This document shows positions 35,611 through 52,137 of a DNA stretch of 64,000 bases, piece after piece. Below the pieces are notes generated by a model. That model had not been told where the DNA came from, ran no database searches, and saw only the letters and a program-made list of their open reading frames with translations. The position numbers and the translations under genes are program-made. The stretch is from Bolinopsis microptera (lineage: Eukaryota), in the NCBI RefSeq assembly GCF_026151205.1, contig NC_087076.1:16453142-16517141 (forward strand). The letters run 5' to 3'. The stretch's first letter is position 1. Each line of letters begins with the position of its first letter.

Positions 35611-37290
35611 GTGAATCTTAGTTATACATGGTGAAACCTACGTAGACTGGGTTACCTTTGTGGCAATATATTTCATTTTTTGCATGATCGTTGTCAAACT
35701 ACCCTTGTTAAACAATTTTCTCTATTTCATATTCTTTCATCATCCCTTGATGTTGTTACAATGGTGATAACCCATTTTCACAGGATGTCTCTATGACGCA
35801 GGATGTCATGTGTGACTACGATCCCACAATCGAAGATCAAGATGAGGTAATCCATTATTTCATAATCAATATTCTAGCTAGTTTTTTAGCAACAAATTAT
35901 GATTAATTACTTATTATGTAACGCTCTATTCGACATTCGGGCGATCAAGTTTGGGATCATCTACATGTATCAAAATTATATTTTAGCCCTACACTAATAG
36001 CATACGTTTGTTTAATTCGCTCTCTTATCTGCTTTCTTATCTCGCCTTGTTTAACGGCGAAATTTTGTGCCTTACACCTTGTAGCTTAGCCTTACATCAT
36101 AGCAGCTGTGAACGACGCGGAGATTGACAGTATTATGTTTAAAATTAAAGCTGAGGATTGGATGGCAAAAGTTATGAATCAATTCTGTTGTGAAGCACCA
36201 GTTGACATGACTTCTGTACAGTGCAAACATTTTTTGCTTAAAAGGTCATTAAGTTTAACGGGTAAAGTAAAGTTTGCAGCGTTTCTGTCAGAATCGATTC
36301 ATTTGGTTCACTTTTAAAATGACAAGTTAAAGAAGATGAAAAACGTACTGAGCCCAATCAAGAATCAGTTGATTGATAATCAAAAATTGGTTATCAGAGC
36401 TCAGGAATCAATAATTGACTGCAAAGAAAAACAGTCGCAGGCAGTGCAGACCGTCGTTAAATTTAAAGACACGGTAAAGTCAGTTTATATCGTACAGCGA
36501 TGCAGTTCCCCCCCCCCCCCCCCCCCCTCCCCACGAGACTTTGAAGGAAGTCGTCAAGTCTGTGGTGTGCAAGCAGAAGACCGGATCAAGAACTTGAACA
36601 GAACTGTCGGAGACATATATGAGGAGATTGGACTGAAAGTTAGAAAGTAGCAATGGAGCTCAGTAGAGTTGGCAAGTTGAAGGAGAAGACTTCTCGGCCA
36701 GTCAAGGCTACTCTTCCAGTTCCAGTACAGCCTATCAGATACTCAATCAAGCCCGAAAGCTGCGACATTCAGAGAAATTTAGTTCAGTCTTCATTAGTCC
36801 AGACCACTCATTGGAGGATCGAGTTGAGCGTAGACTTCTTGTTCACAAATTATACTGAAGACGATCACGAGTGAGATGAGTGTGGCTTTTACAAGAGTAA
36901 ACTTGTTCAATACATGTCTTGCAATTATATTAGGGACGATAGTGTTCGTAAGAGGATGGGGACTTGTCCTGTTGTGATAAACAATTTTATTTGTTGAGTT
37001 ATTCTTTTTGGCTGTTGGAGCATATAAAACTTTAAGTTTTCGCAATATTTGTCAGATGAGGTTTAAATTCCGTCGTTAAGTGCTGATCTACACTGTGTGC
37101 CTTTTTTATTAAGGGTGCATTGCCCTTGCAAGGGGTTAATAATATTTGTATTATATATTTGTTAAGATTAAAATTGGTCATTAGAACCACCCGGGCATCG
37201 TCTCGGTTTAAAATCAAAATATATATCTTGAGATGCTTATATTGTCACCAGGTAATAAGTATTACAAAAAGCGTATTTACCTAAATTTAT

Positions 37291-39990
<2,700 letters not shown>

Positions 39991-42740
39991 ATGATTTGTG
40001 TCATGAGAGGGAACAATACATCCGTTTTAGATGACGAATGTTAATGATGACTAAACTGTTGTATTATGCGTATGCGTACCGTCTTATTTTGTATGTTGTC
40101 ACTATATTTACTATGGTGGAATTTTTTTGATTTATATTTTTATTCGTGCCGTATTACATTACTTTTAAACAATTGAAGACTTCAAGTTTTGTAACACCTC
40201 AGTGGCTTCGATTCATCGACCGCAAACGCCGCAATCTACAATACCAAGTAGCTAGAGCGTTTATCATGACGAATCGTTGTCATTTCTTATATAACCTTCA
40301 TGATTTGTGATTGTTTTTATTTTTAATTTATATTGAATTATTCAGTTATACTTTCATTTCTAATAATGTGGAATCTTATTGATAAAGAAGATGGTTAGTT
40401 TTAAATGTTGAGACATTTTTGATGCTTTTAAAATATGATACATGACAAAGAAATTCGTTTTTAGTTTACAATTTTTGTTTAAATAACGGTAGATGAGTAT
40501 TACAGATTTTGAGGTTTATATTTGAATTTTATAGAGTTAATGTGCTTACATTCTACAGACATGCAGACGTGATCGGTTGTGGCTTATTAAATAATGAGCC
40601 CGTCTATTACTATTTCAAACTGCAGCGTACAGTGTAACTGTACAGCTTATGATTTGCTTATCTGTTTAGTGTTTATAGAAATAATATTTTCCGTGTAAAT
40701 GGAGTCTCATGTTCAATGTTAATATTTTAGCGGAACTTGGGAAATTGGCAGTGATTTAGATTCCATGTACAGTGTACACCCATGCCCCATACTTATTGAT
40801 ACTTATTGGTTAATTTGGTACCTCAATCCGATAACTCTGAGATATCATGATACCAAATATGTCTGTTCATAGAAACTTTTGTCTCTTCTGCCCACTCATT
40901 TTGAAGGGCTCTTTAAAGTATATTATGAAATTTGATACTTTTCACAGTACGGTGCTATCTCGAAAGGTATTCGAGCTTTACCGTAGATTGTGAATTCTTT
41001 GGAGTGCCAATCATTTATCAAAATTATCTGAGCTAAAATTCACACGGTCTATTTCGAAGATTTCCCGAGTTTCAAAGAACTTAAACTATCAAAAAATATT
41101 GTAGAGTTGCATATCGTTAAATTTTTTCTGTGAATTGATTGTTTTTGACATCATTTGTTTAATTTTTGTAAAGAAGTTTTGACCCAAGAATTAGAGACCA
41201 AAATTCCAAAGTATCCTAACATTGAACTATCAAAAAAAAGTTCTCCGATCCTTCGGTAACGAACTCAATTAATAAATCACAGTAAATCACACCTGACGAT
41301 ATTCCATGTTCCTCTTGATGAAAAAGATACTGTAAGAAATATTGAGGCACAGCATATCGAGGAATCAAGCCAGGATTTCTGCATTTTATGAAATCAGTTC
41401 AAAAGAGTAGTGACTAGTGAGCACACTCAACATTGTACAGTCCATTTGCATACATATTTCACGGCAGGCCACGCCCCACCACAGCACGTGCTATTGCGCA
41501 TGTTCCATGTGCGCGGCGCCATTTATGTCAAGGTGGCTGTTAAAAAAGTTGGGTTACAAATGTTTTAATGATTTCGCGCGCGCTCACTATGAGGTACAAG
41601 CTGAGTACACTGTGACCGGTGTAGGTAAAGTCTCCCTGTGGCACTTCAAGGAAACATGACTAACAGCTGATTGGATGCCAATTTCCACCCATTCCATATA
41701 AACGCCTCCCACCCTGTGGTTACAAGATTATTTGCCCTATTGACGGGACATCTTCACAATACTAAGTATACGAATAACAAGAAGAGCACCACGTTTAGCA
41801 ACTAGGAACTGAGGCGTACATCGGGCCTCTACACAGCACTAACAAGCGACTAATTGTTCATTATCACATGTTTGTTACTGAATTCACGTGCTGTGTGACA
41901 CGCTTCCTCCTTCTCTCAGTTTCTCAGTCTATTCTGGAGGAATCTTGAGATTATTGTGAAGTGGGACAAAGTGAGCTGTATAGTTCGTGTATAGTCTTAT
42001 TGACGAGGTGAAATTATTGATTATTATAATTTATACCGACCTGTACTTATCACACCCTCGACAAACCTCAGAGGGGGGTGATACGCGAGGTGCTATCACC
42101 GGATGTGTTATAGTTTGGCAAGATCCGCTGCATCACTACGAGTACCCCTTATCACCGGTCAGAAGCCATGATTGCAACTTCACATTTGCTGGAGACGATC
42201 ACTTCAGTACCCGTCGTGTGACGTGTCAAGTTCTTTAATCTAATCGAATTAAGGGTTGCACTACACAAAACCTAATAATTGACGTTAATGGAAGTGAAAT
42301 AGAAACCCTGGTCTCCACTGACACTTTGCCTGTGAAAAGGATTCCTGTAGGCTGGGCATTGACAGGCCAGAATGGGGGAGCCGAGACACGGGGGAGATAA
42401 CTGGAAGCCAACTAAAACACAGTAACTGGGCAACACCGCATACATTGTGTCCCTTAGTAATAGAGATAACCCACCTAAATTACACAGCATGATAGTTACT
42501 GCCATACATTGTTAACGATTCTTCGAATAATGTATCCTTAAAACTTGGGTACTTTAATGATTTTAAGATTCTTGAGGATTTCAATGTTTAGTGATGATCA
42601 TAATATGGTATTTACGTTGAACAATAAAATCTTAAATAAATGTGAATAATGTGCGTTAATAATCGTATCAATTACCTAAGGACTGTCCTATTAAAAACAC
42701 TTTACTACATGCTGTAATGGTATTATTACGGCAGTGATAC

Positions 42741-44265
42741 ATGACATTTTACTACCGCCTTGTTATTTCACATATGTTTGTTTTACTTGTTCTCCTGCTC
42801 CTGTCCACCCACCATGTACACACCTACAGCATACTCCTGACAGCACCTTTCGGTGGAAGTCACCTGGCTCTGATGTCACATCTCGCTCAAATACTCTCAG
42901 ATAACGGCCATGGTGCTGTGATCGCAACTCCAGAGCGTGACGCTGTGATCAAGACAGCCCATACTCTCCTCACGCCCAGTGATGGAGGTTTTACGAAGAA
43001 GGAAAGGTTAGTCATGTCGGCCGCCTGCATGAGGGAGATTCTTAATAAGGACACTACATAGACCACGGTAGTAGATATTGGAGCAGATTGCAGACGTGAC
43101 GCTTGGGGGAATATTCTCGAACTTTCGTCCGCCTTCTTTTTGGGGGAGATGTTTGTCGAGCAGGTACATCGGCTGAAAATTGATATTATTATAGCAGATG
43201 ATGCCAACATAGGTGATGTGGCTAAGTTGGCAGGTGACCTGAACATACCCCTCATATGTTTCAGTCCCTGGAGTAACCACTACCGGGCTAAAGAGGCAGC
43301 AAACAACTCCCCACTGCTAGCCACGGAACCCTCCCATATGTGGCCCCATTTACTAGACCAAGGCTTCTCAGTTACTGGCTATCTCCATTCTCCAAGCTTA
43401 CATCAACTATTTCAAGTTTCGAAAGTATGCTGAGCTCCGGGAAGGCAGCACAGCCGATTTAGTTGACGTGTTCCTGGTGAATGATGTGACATATTTCTCA
43501 TACCAGTACGTGACACTACCTAACTTGTATTTAGTTGGAGGGATCTACTTATCCCCACAATCCGATCCTCTTGATATGGAGTACACAAACTACACTAAGT
43601 CTCGGTATGTGGTGTATGTCTCGTTTGGTTCCTATGCTATTCCTGACTGGTTACCTTGGTTTCCAACTCTTTTGGAAGCGGTGGAATTATCTAAAGCTAG
43701 TTTGATCATAGCCAAAATCAACCGGCATCCTAGCGATCATGTTCCTAGAATATCTGATAAGATTATATTTAAGACGTGGGTTCCTCAATGTGCACTGCTG
43801 GCAAGTGGCAGGGTGAAATTGTTCATCTCACACTGCGGACAGAACAGTCGGATGGAAGCCGCTTACTACGGTGTTCCCATGTTATGTATACCACTTTTTG
43901 GGGACCAACTTCTCAACTCGTACCTCATGCAATGGAATAATTTTGGGGTGTTGTTGAAAAAGGAGGGGATAGAAATGCAGAAAGTTCGAGACTTGATAAA
44001 CGATATGCTGGTTAATGGTACAGTTTTCAGGGCCAATATTAATCGAGCCAGGTATATGTTTATGGATGATCCTGTGTCAGGGCCAGATAATTTTTTGTTT
44101 CTTGTCAACACCCTTGGGAAGAATGGAAAAGGTGCACTGAAAATATCTCATAATTCCAAAGAATCTGGAGATAACGCAGAGATTATGGGAATTATATTAC
44201 TCAGCTCGATCGTGGGAGCAACTATACTTGCTATTTCTCTGTACATTTCTAGATATAGGCGTTAA
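42741..44265 (+). CDS. UDP-glucuronosyl/glycosyltransferase (UGT) gene. Exon 1 is 42741-43006 (signal peptide plus N-terminal acceptor-binding domain). Exon 2 starts at 43094 and the coding sequence continues to the stop at 44265. There is an apparent +1 frame change near 43355-43400
   Basis: UGT signature WVPQCALLASGRVKLFISHCGQNSRMEAAYYGVPMLCIPLFGDQLLN. N-terminal FGGSHLALMSHLAQILSDNGHGAVIATPE. C-terminal TM segment IMGIILLSSIVGATILAISLYISRYRR*. The exon1-exon2 junction was verified as phase 2: AG|gttagt … gcag|A. Confidence 0.75.
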
Positions 44266-47200
44266 CCGGATGATAAAAATTTGAATGAGACAATTTGTGT
44301 GATTTTATATAATGAACAACTTTTATTAAAACAGGAAAGATCTAAAAATGGAACTGTCCCTGACTTCAGTATCAAGAATTTTCTGACTCTTTGTGAGTTA
44401 ACAACTGATCGCTGAGTAGGCACCAGGTACCCGATATAGCATATTTTAATCTAGAAAGTATCTATATTATTATATCACTTGGCCCACCACCACCTCACAC
44501 GTGCATCTTATTCCGGAGAGGTGACTTGACCACTTTCTGCCGAGACAATATTCTGAGTTTTCCTCAAACATCGTAAAATCGTAACATGATCTATTTCTGA
44601 TCAAGAGGGAAGCACATTTTTGTCTGGTGGTAGCCTACTCAAAGTAACAATCTACCCGGTGCACCGTGTACCACGACTTTGGTAAAATGCATGGTTTTAA
44701 TTGGCTACACACAGCCACGTGACCACCCTGCACGTGCTACACATCACGTGGGATGGCATCCCGGGATGGATTCTGAGGGTGAGTAGCGGGTGCCAGCACA
44801 TGAGGAAGGGAAGTCAGGACCGGGCAGGAGGCAATGTTACACCCTAAGGGGGGCTAGCACATCCAGCGGTGCAGTGTGTAATCTCTACAGTGTACAAGGT
44901 GTATTGTGCACTATTATTATACTAGGACTAACAACACTACACGCGTTGTAGAGTCCTCAATATACTGTCCAGTCAGAGATGGAATGTTTGAACTCTCGGA
45001 GAGTTGAATCTTGATTCGGTAGTACAATTAAACATAGTTTTATGTAAGAAGGTGGCTGGACTGATTGACTTTTTCTTTGTCGGTGTGAAACTTAAATGTC
45101 AAACTGCAACTAAGCTCCGGAGTGATCTTCTATTATTTAACTCGTGATTGATGATAGATAGACTGCCATGCCTCGGGTCAGGCCACGATACTTAATTCTG
45201 ATTATACCAATATGGAACATTGCAATGATTAAAACCTCTGAATGAAATGGCACCGAAGCCTCATCGGGGCAGTGAAACTTGAACATTTCACAGCTCCTGG
45301 CTAGCGTTACAGTTACATCCCCTTATTTCTAACGACCGCAGACATGTCATTACCTATTAATCGCCCTATTACACCTCCCATGTTGCCGAATCATAATCAA
45401 ATTATCGTCCCAAAACACTGCTATTATTTGAAAGAGGCAGTGAATTCTTCCAGATTTACACCGAGAACTCTTGGTACTTTTTCTGTATTATAATCGTTAA
45501 CACAGTGAAAATTAAAATCTTGAGTTCAAGTTGCTCTAAGGTTTAACACGATCAACCAAATGACGGGGCAACGTGACTAGTGTTTAAAATACTTGTCCAC
45601 ATGCCCCGGCAAGTTGAGTTCTGGACATGATCAGGGGTAGTGAGGGGGTAGTGAGGGGGTGAGGGGGTGGAGGGTGAGAGAGGGTAACAGATACATCCTG
45701 CCCAGCACCAGTACACCCAATTAAGAGGGGATCACGGGGACAGCCCCAGGTATATATTGTAATTATAATTATATTGTATGTCCGTGGTCACGTGTCTGGT
45801 CATGAGAAGGAAGGGGGGCCGTGGATTGGCAGACACTCGCCTGTGTGGACAGACCCATTACTGTCTAGATTTAATGCTGGCTGAGCGGGAGGAAGTGAGC
45901 AGTTGGAGTACAGTGTGTGCTTGTTGTTCCGCCAATCACCATTCTCCCTCGGGGTCATGTGACCTCTTCATGTACCCAGCGCCCTTTAACCCTTCCAAGC
46001 CTCAACCACGGAGCTCAAATTTCCTGTTCTTTCTAAAAAGTTATAAAACTTTGTGTATGTACAGGGTTTAAAGCAGAGACCTTGAGTGCGATGTGGACTT
46101 TCCTTGCAAGGGTGAGTCAACTGTACTTACAATAAGGATAGTCTGTGTGATAAGTTGTGAAGCCTTGTTATCGGTGAGATATTGGCATGAGCTGATAGTG
46201 AGCTGATAACTTAGTAGTTAGTATATTTTATACCGATTAGTCTTCTTATAATTAAAAGTAATATAATTATCAGTGTTTAAGGATAATATAGTTTGCTGAA
46301 AACGCAAAGCTGGGACCTACATGACAAATTGATAAACATACTGGCCACAGCTCTTTTTTTGTTCTTGAATTGGTCAAGGAGTGTCTCTTCTACCTAACCG
46401 CAATGTTCACTGTTTAATTTCTTAATGTACCGGACTTTTTTGGATGATTTCCGGTTTGACTCAATAACATCCTAGTAGTTGTGCCGCAACATTCCAGTCC
46501 TGTGCTAAACAAGCCGGTGATTTGAAGACTGCACTTTTTTGTACATTATAAACACTATTTGTGGTACAAAATTTGGCTGAGAAGTTTATATTTTGCAGTT
46601 ATGGTGTAGCAACACGTGGAGGTTTTATATGGTGTTATGAGAAATAAAACAGGAAAGTAGTATGATGGAAAACATAAGTGTAATTTATAAACAAGAGACA
46701 AAACAAGAATTACCACCAACTAAATCGACATTGGTGCTTTAATAATTTGTCAAATAATTGTTACTGTCAACGTATAAATTACTCCAATTACTGTAAATAT
46801 CATTATGTACCAAAATTGTTTGGGTCTGGGAAGAATTTGATTAATTTGAGAAACTTTATCTTGATTGAAATGGCATTTTGAATTTTCCCGTTAGCAAAAA
46901 AACAAAACACGGCTAAAATGATGCTAACAAATTCCAGTATTAGCCATAAGCAATGTTTACAAACAATATAAAAACATCCATAATCATGATACATGGTACA
47001 ACTACAGTATAAAATAAAGAGGTACAGTCACATTACCAGATAGGGTAGGCGGCGACTATTTTTGGGCGCCCATGCTTTCAGCCATGACTTCTGACTAGGT
47101 CTATTTGGCGATTTTTTGGCTGATCTAAAAATATCACTCTCAAATAGTCGCCAGATCTCTATCATTTTCCCATATAACGGATCACAGGTTGGGTAAAATT

Positions 47201-49279
47201 TATCTATGGCAAATATTAAGGGGTAAGTAGCAAACAGTATAAACAATGTATATTATGAAATAATGTAAATACTATGAAATAATGTTTATAAAGTGAGTAA
47301 AGGCTCGCTGTAGATAAAGTAGGTAAATAGTTAGAGTTACACCTCGTTAATGTTGTACTCATGCGGATAGCACCACAGTTACTATTCAAATAGTCCAGTT
47401 CCGCATTATAAAATGAGATAACGGAAGAATTAACACCAAAGAAGTAGAAACATTTTATCGATTCCGATTTAATTGATTGCTATTGGCAATACTGGTCATT
47501 TTAATTAGTCCCGAATAGACCCAATATAATGTTTCAGTCTTTAACAAATACGGGAAATATCATCTTTGCATCATCACTTCATGATACCCAAATTCCATGT
47601 AAAAATTAAAAATTATTAATCATATATACGCAAATACAATATCAAATATTCATTATCAGGCTCTCTTTTGAGCGTGTTTGCAGATTGTCATCCCTGTCAT
47701 AAACAAATAGAACTTAGGAAAGTAAACCAGTATCATTACAATCATTCAATCTAGCGAAGTCAGACAAAATCCTTAACTTTCCTAACTTCTTCAATTTGAC
47801 GATGAAGATATCAGATGCATGGTGGAGATAACAGACACATAATAATCAACCTCAAGATTCACTTATTAGTCGAATACATCTAACACAAAATGCAAATAGG
47901 CTAGTGAAGGTAAGTTGGAAGAAACAGTTTGTAAGGTCTAAGAAATACCAAAATTGGATTTATGTCGAGGACTTAAAATTTGCCGAATGACACCATGTTC
48001 TCTCTTTCGAGCTGACCTGTATCCGCTGAAAATTCGAGTCAAAATTTGTCAGGTGCAACTCCGCAATTTAGGATACATTTAGAGTAGATTACAAAAGATC
48101 TTGCAATATTTCCAGCAATGTAAGAAATTAAACTGTGTGTGCAATATTGAGACATGTAAGCAAGTGTTTGGAAAGTAAACTAGCTTCTGATTTGTGTGTA
48201 TCCAACTTACTGTCGTTGAAACCGCGTCGGTATTTTGATTTAGACCTTCCAAGGTATGATGTATCAAACATATTATGATGTGTCAAACATATGGTGTGTC
48301 AAAAGTGCCGAAATGATTAAAATAAGTAAATCACAAAAACAATCGCAATTATGGTAGAGCTATCAATGCTCGTTCTCAACATAGAGGATTTGAGAAAAAT
48401 CTAGATCAAATTTGCTTAGTATTGATCAAAAATGCTACACAAATTAATTTACATCCTTCCTATTCCGATATATTAGTAGGTATTAACACTTAGTTATAGT
48501 GATGTATAATTATATAAATTTGTATAAATTTTAATTAAAGAAATCTTACTCTGAAAATACAAAAAATAAACCCTGACATAAATTTTAATGCTTCACATAA
48601 TTTATAGCTAAAACTATAACGAAATATAGTACTATGCCGAATTTTTGAACTCAAGATATACAGGTGCAGTGGGCAATTAAAGTTGTACCACTAGCAGTGT
48701 CTAGCTTAGAAAATTTTCGATATATTGTGATGTATTGCAAATATATATCTGCCTGGATTGCTAACTACGCTTTAAAGATTTATACTTGATATGTACGATA
48801 TATAATATATGATCAAATTAAATCAAATAGCCTAATCTTCATATAAATGATTGTCCCAATAATTATGGACACTAAGAAAGATACAAACCGAGAAGATTCT
48901 CAAAGTATCCAATGATTAGTTAAAACATTCTCAAACATTCCGAGCATATTTATTAAATACAAATGCTCGGGCTACACGGCAGTCGGTTCAAAACACACTC
49001 CATCTCGGTACTGGCAAATAGAATCATAGCCGAACACAAAGTTAAAAGCGACCACGTGTAGCCCGACGAAACTCAGAACTAAAATATTGTATAGTTCACC
49101 AACAATATAGTATTGGTAGAAAAATAAATCTTAAATTGAGGAATCCATTATTCGATTAAAAGTTCTTCAATTCTCAAGGAAGAGCAATTTCTTGCAAAAG
49201 ACTCACAGTGCCATATTGTCAGTTGGTAAAAAGAACAAACTGTCTAAAAATCATGGTTTGAAGTGGAACTTCAAATGAG

Positions 49280-50799
49280 CTAAAAGACTCCAGAATGTGA
49301 CCATCTATTTGGGAAGAACGGAGCCTGTTGCTGTTGTTGCTGGTTTGTAGTTGAAGGTGACTGGTAGTTTCCTCCTCCATGCTGGTTGTTGTTGTTGTTC
49401 TGGACGTTCATCGACTGCTGAATGGAATCGATAAACATTTTCAGGGCTTGGATATCTTTCCTGTTTTCAAAGTTGGGAGAGCTGTATCCACTGTCCAAGT
49501 CAACTCTTGTCGGGTCGTAAGAGTTGGAACTGAGTTGAGTTGTAGGCTCAGGAGATGTGTTGAAGCTTCCGAAACTGCTGTAGAGACTGGGATCAGGTTT
49601 TCCCCATGTCTTGTTGCTTCCAAAAGTGGGCTGCATAGAGGGAAAGGTATCCAATGCCTTAGGAGGCATCATAGGTTTCTTCAGGTCGACATCCACTAGG
49701 TGATCTGAGTCGTCAAACATTCCTCCGGTTCTCATGGCAATGTAGATCTGGAGCTTATTCTCTGCTTCGGCGACTTTCTCAGGAGCTCCACGGATCTCAA
49801 ATATCGGTTCCTTGTCCCGAGCGGGGGTCATGATGTACGTGTCAGTTTCACTCTGGATTCTCTTGATGTTGTGTCCCTTTGGTCCAACCACAAGTCCCAC
49901 GTACTTGAGCGGTACTCTGACATGACGGACGACAGCATTTGGTCCGAGTTGAGGAGTGATGGGACTGTTATTCTCTCTTCCCTGGCGGATCTTTGTAAAG
50001 TGCTCAGCAGCTTCTTCAATTCTTCTCTTAGCTCTCTCCACATCTTCAGGGTATCCGGAAATAGTGAACACTGAAAAATTCCTTACTAAACAAAGGTTTT
50101 CAAAAGATTGGTTTCATTTTTCTATTGTTCAACTTAATTAAGGTTTGTTTTTGTTTACAATATGATATTTTATAAAGTTAAAGAACGCCACGCAGTTCAG
50201 TTACTCGAGCACATTGTCGTTTGAAACACAGATACTAGAAATTCTAAAATCAATAGACAATAGTTCTACCCTAAGTGTGTATTAAAGATTGCACTAAATT
50301 AACTTTAGCACTTACCAGGTTCCTGATCTCTTGCAGGGGTTTGGATGTAAGTTTTGGTCGAGTACCTCAGCGACTTAATCTTGCAACCTGAAAATTGGTT
50401 GATGTTAATCCTTTCCCGACTTTTAGCTATTAGTAAAAGGGCAAGGAACAATAACACACCACCTGAATTGCACCTGAACAACTATGAAGTAAAATTAGGC
50501 ACAAACAAACCTTGCTTTCCGACGATCTCGGCGACATGTTCGGAGGTGGGAACACGAACTTGAATAGACTCCGTATCTCGATTCGACTTGGCTGCCTCCG
50601 TCATGAATCCCGAAAATCCGTCCAGAGAGCTTCCAGAGTTATTCATGTTGGTCTCGTTGAGGCTCAATTTCCTCAAGTCAGGCAATTCGAAGTTCCTATC
50701 GAGAGATTTCTGAAAGTTGAGCAGCTCCTGAAGCGCGGACTGGTCGCTGAAGGTGTCAGCTTGTCCTTGACTCGAGCTTCCATACGGCATTGAGAACAT
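49280..50799 (-). CDS. MEX3: MEX3-type RNA-binding protein with two KH domains (span includes introns). Exon 1 is 50482-50799, with its ATG at 50797-50799. A micro-exon lies at about 50322-50390. The large exon runs 49280 to about 50071
   Basis: KH1: IQVRVPTSEHVAEIVGKQG|CKIKSLRYSTKTYIQTPARDQEP|VFTISGYPEDVERAKRRIEEAAEHF. KH2: VVRHVRVPLKYVGLVVGPKGHNIKRIQSETDTYIMTPARDKEPIFEIRGAPEKVAEAENKLQ. Both are near-identical in pattern to vertebrate MEX3 KH domains. The C-terminal RING is not found before the stop at 49280. Confidence 0.75.
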
Positions 50800-52137
50800 G
50801 TTTTTAAACTATAAATAAAATATGATTATTAAACTCATGATATCACTTGGAAGAAGTATGAAAATTATCAAGATTGCAGCCTTCTTGATTGTGTATTATA
50901 TTTGAAATCTTAGCAAAAAAAGGCGACGTGTTCAACAAAACCATCGTTACATACGCATATAAAGGTGATAAGATTTGCAAAGTCAAAATAATAAGAGAAC
51001 ACAAAGTGGCTTTAAAAAGTGTAACAGTTAACTTTATGCTTTTCTCGTCAAATGTGACGTGTGGTTTTCAGCAACAACAGTAAGAGCGAAAAGATTCCAT
51101 AGAATTACAGCAACGCCCAGCGAGAATTCACATCAAATCAGACATAGTCGATTTTTAGAAGAATGCTTCGAAATATGTAGTCAGTTTTCATGAATATATG
51201 CATTATATGTACAATAGAAATAGTATAATTATAAAACAAGGAGGATAAAATCTTAAAAGCTCGTTCATATTTTTTTGATTAGATGTGTACACATTTAACA
51301 TTTAAATTATTTAAGTTCGTAGAATTTTGAATTTTTTCGTATCTAAATAAATCTAAAATTCCAAATTGTCCATCTTACGAAGATTTCACCCAGTCGGTAT
51401 TCGGTGGAATCATGATGGCTAATGCTAGAAAATACATTATTGAAACAAGACAAGTGAAATCGTCCGAGTAAATTTGTTATGTGAATTCGAAGGAATAATC
51501 TAGACCGTACAATAGATGACATTATGTAATTGGCAGAGCGGTCCCTTATGCCAACAAAACAGATTAAGAGATTGGCGATTACTTAAGCTGTTACAAGCCA
51601 AACAATAACAAATTAATCCCATGAATCGACAGAATTGTTCGGGAACAAGTATACCAAATCTCTTGATAACAATATAGTGTCCCAATATAGTTTGCGGAGG
51701 GCATTACGTACTGAAGACTTTAGTTGCCGCAGAATGCATGTGGGAAGATCAAAATTGGGCGCGCGTTACATTGTATGTTGTACATGTTTGATATTACGCA
51801 TAGATCAGATACGCATGGACAAATGTATTCCATATTCACAATAAATAATTCAGAATTTAGTAATACAACGTCCGTTAAAGTCTACTTAACTTCTTTTAAA
51901 TATTTAAATATTTGTTTAATAATTGTAAGTTAGCTTGTCGCTGTTAGCCAACATTTATTTTCAAAATATATTTTTTGTGGTTCCTTCCATTTTTGATTTT
52001 GCTAGTTTATATAAATTATGATCTACTAAAACACGCGCCGACTTGGACAGTCTTATTACTTGGAGCAAATATTTTACGTGTATCATTTGTTAACTTTAAT
52101 TTCATTGCAAATTATAATTTTGACCATTGTTAATGAT

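Noticed and set aside
36108-36874. Three consecutive about-70-105-aa ORFs on the plus strand (MNDAEIDSIMFKIKAEDW…, …VVKFKDTVKSVYIVQRCSSPPPPPP…, MELSRVGKLKEK…)
   Set aside because: No recognisable domain. They are interrupted by a stop, a frame change and a C20 homopolymer. This is possibly a decayed gene or TE fragment, but nothing supports a specific call.
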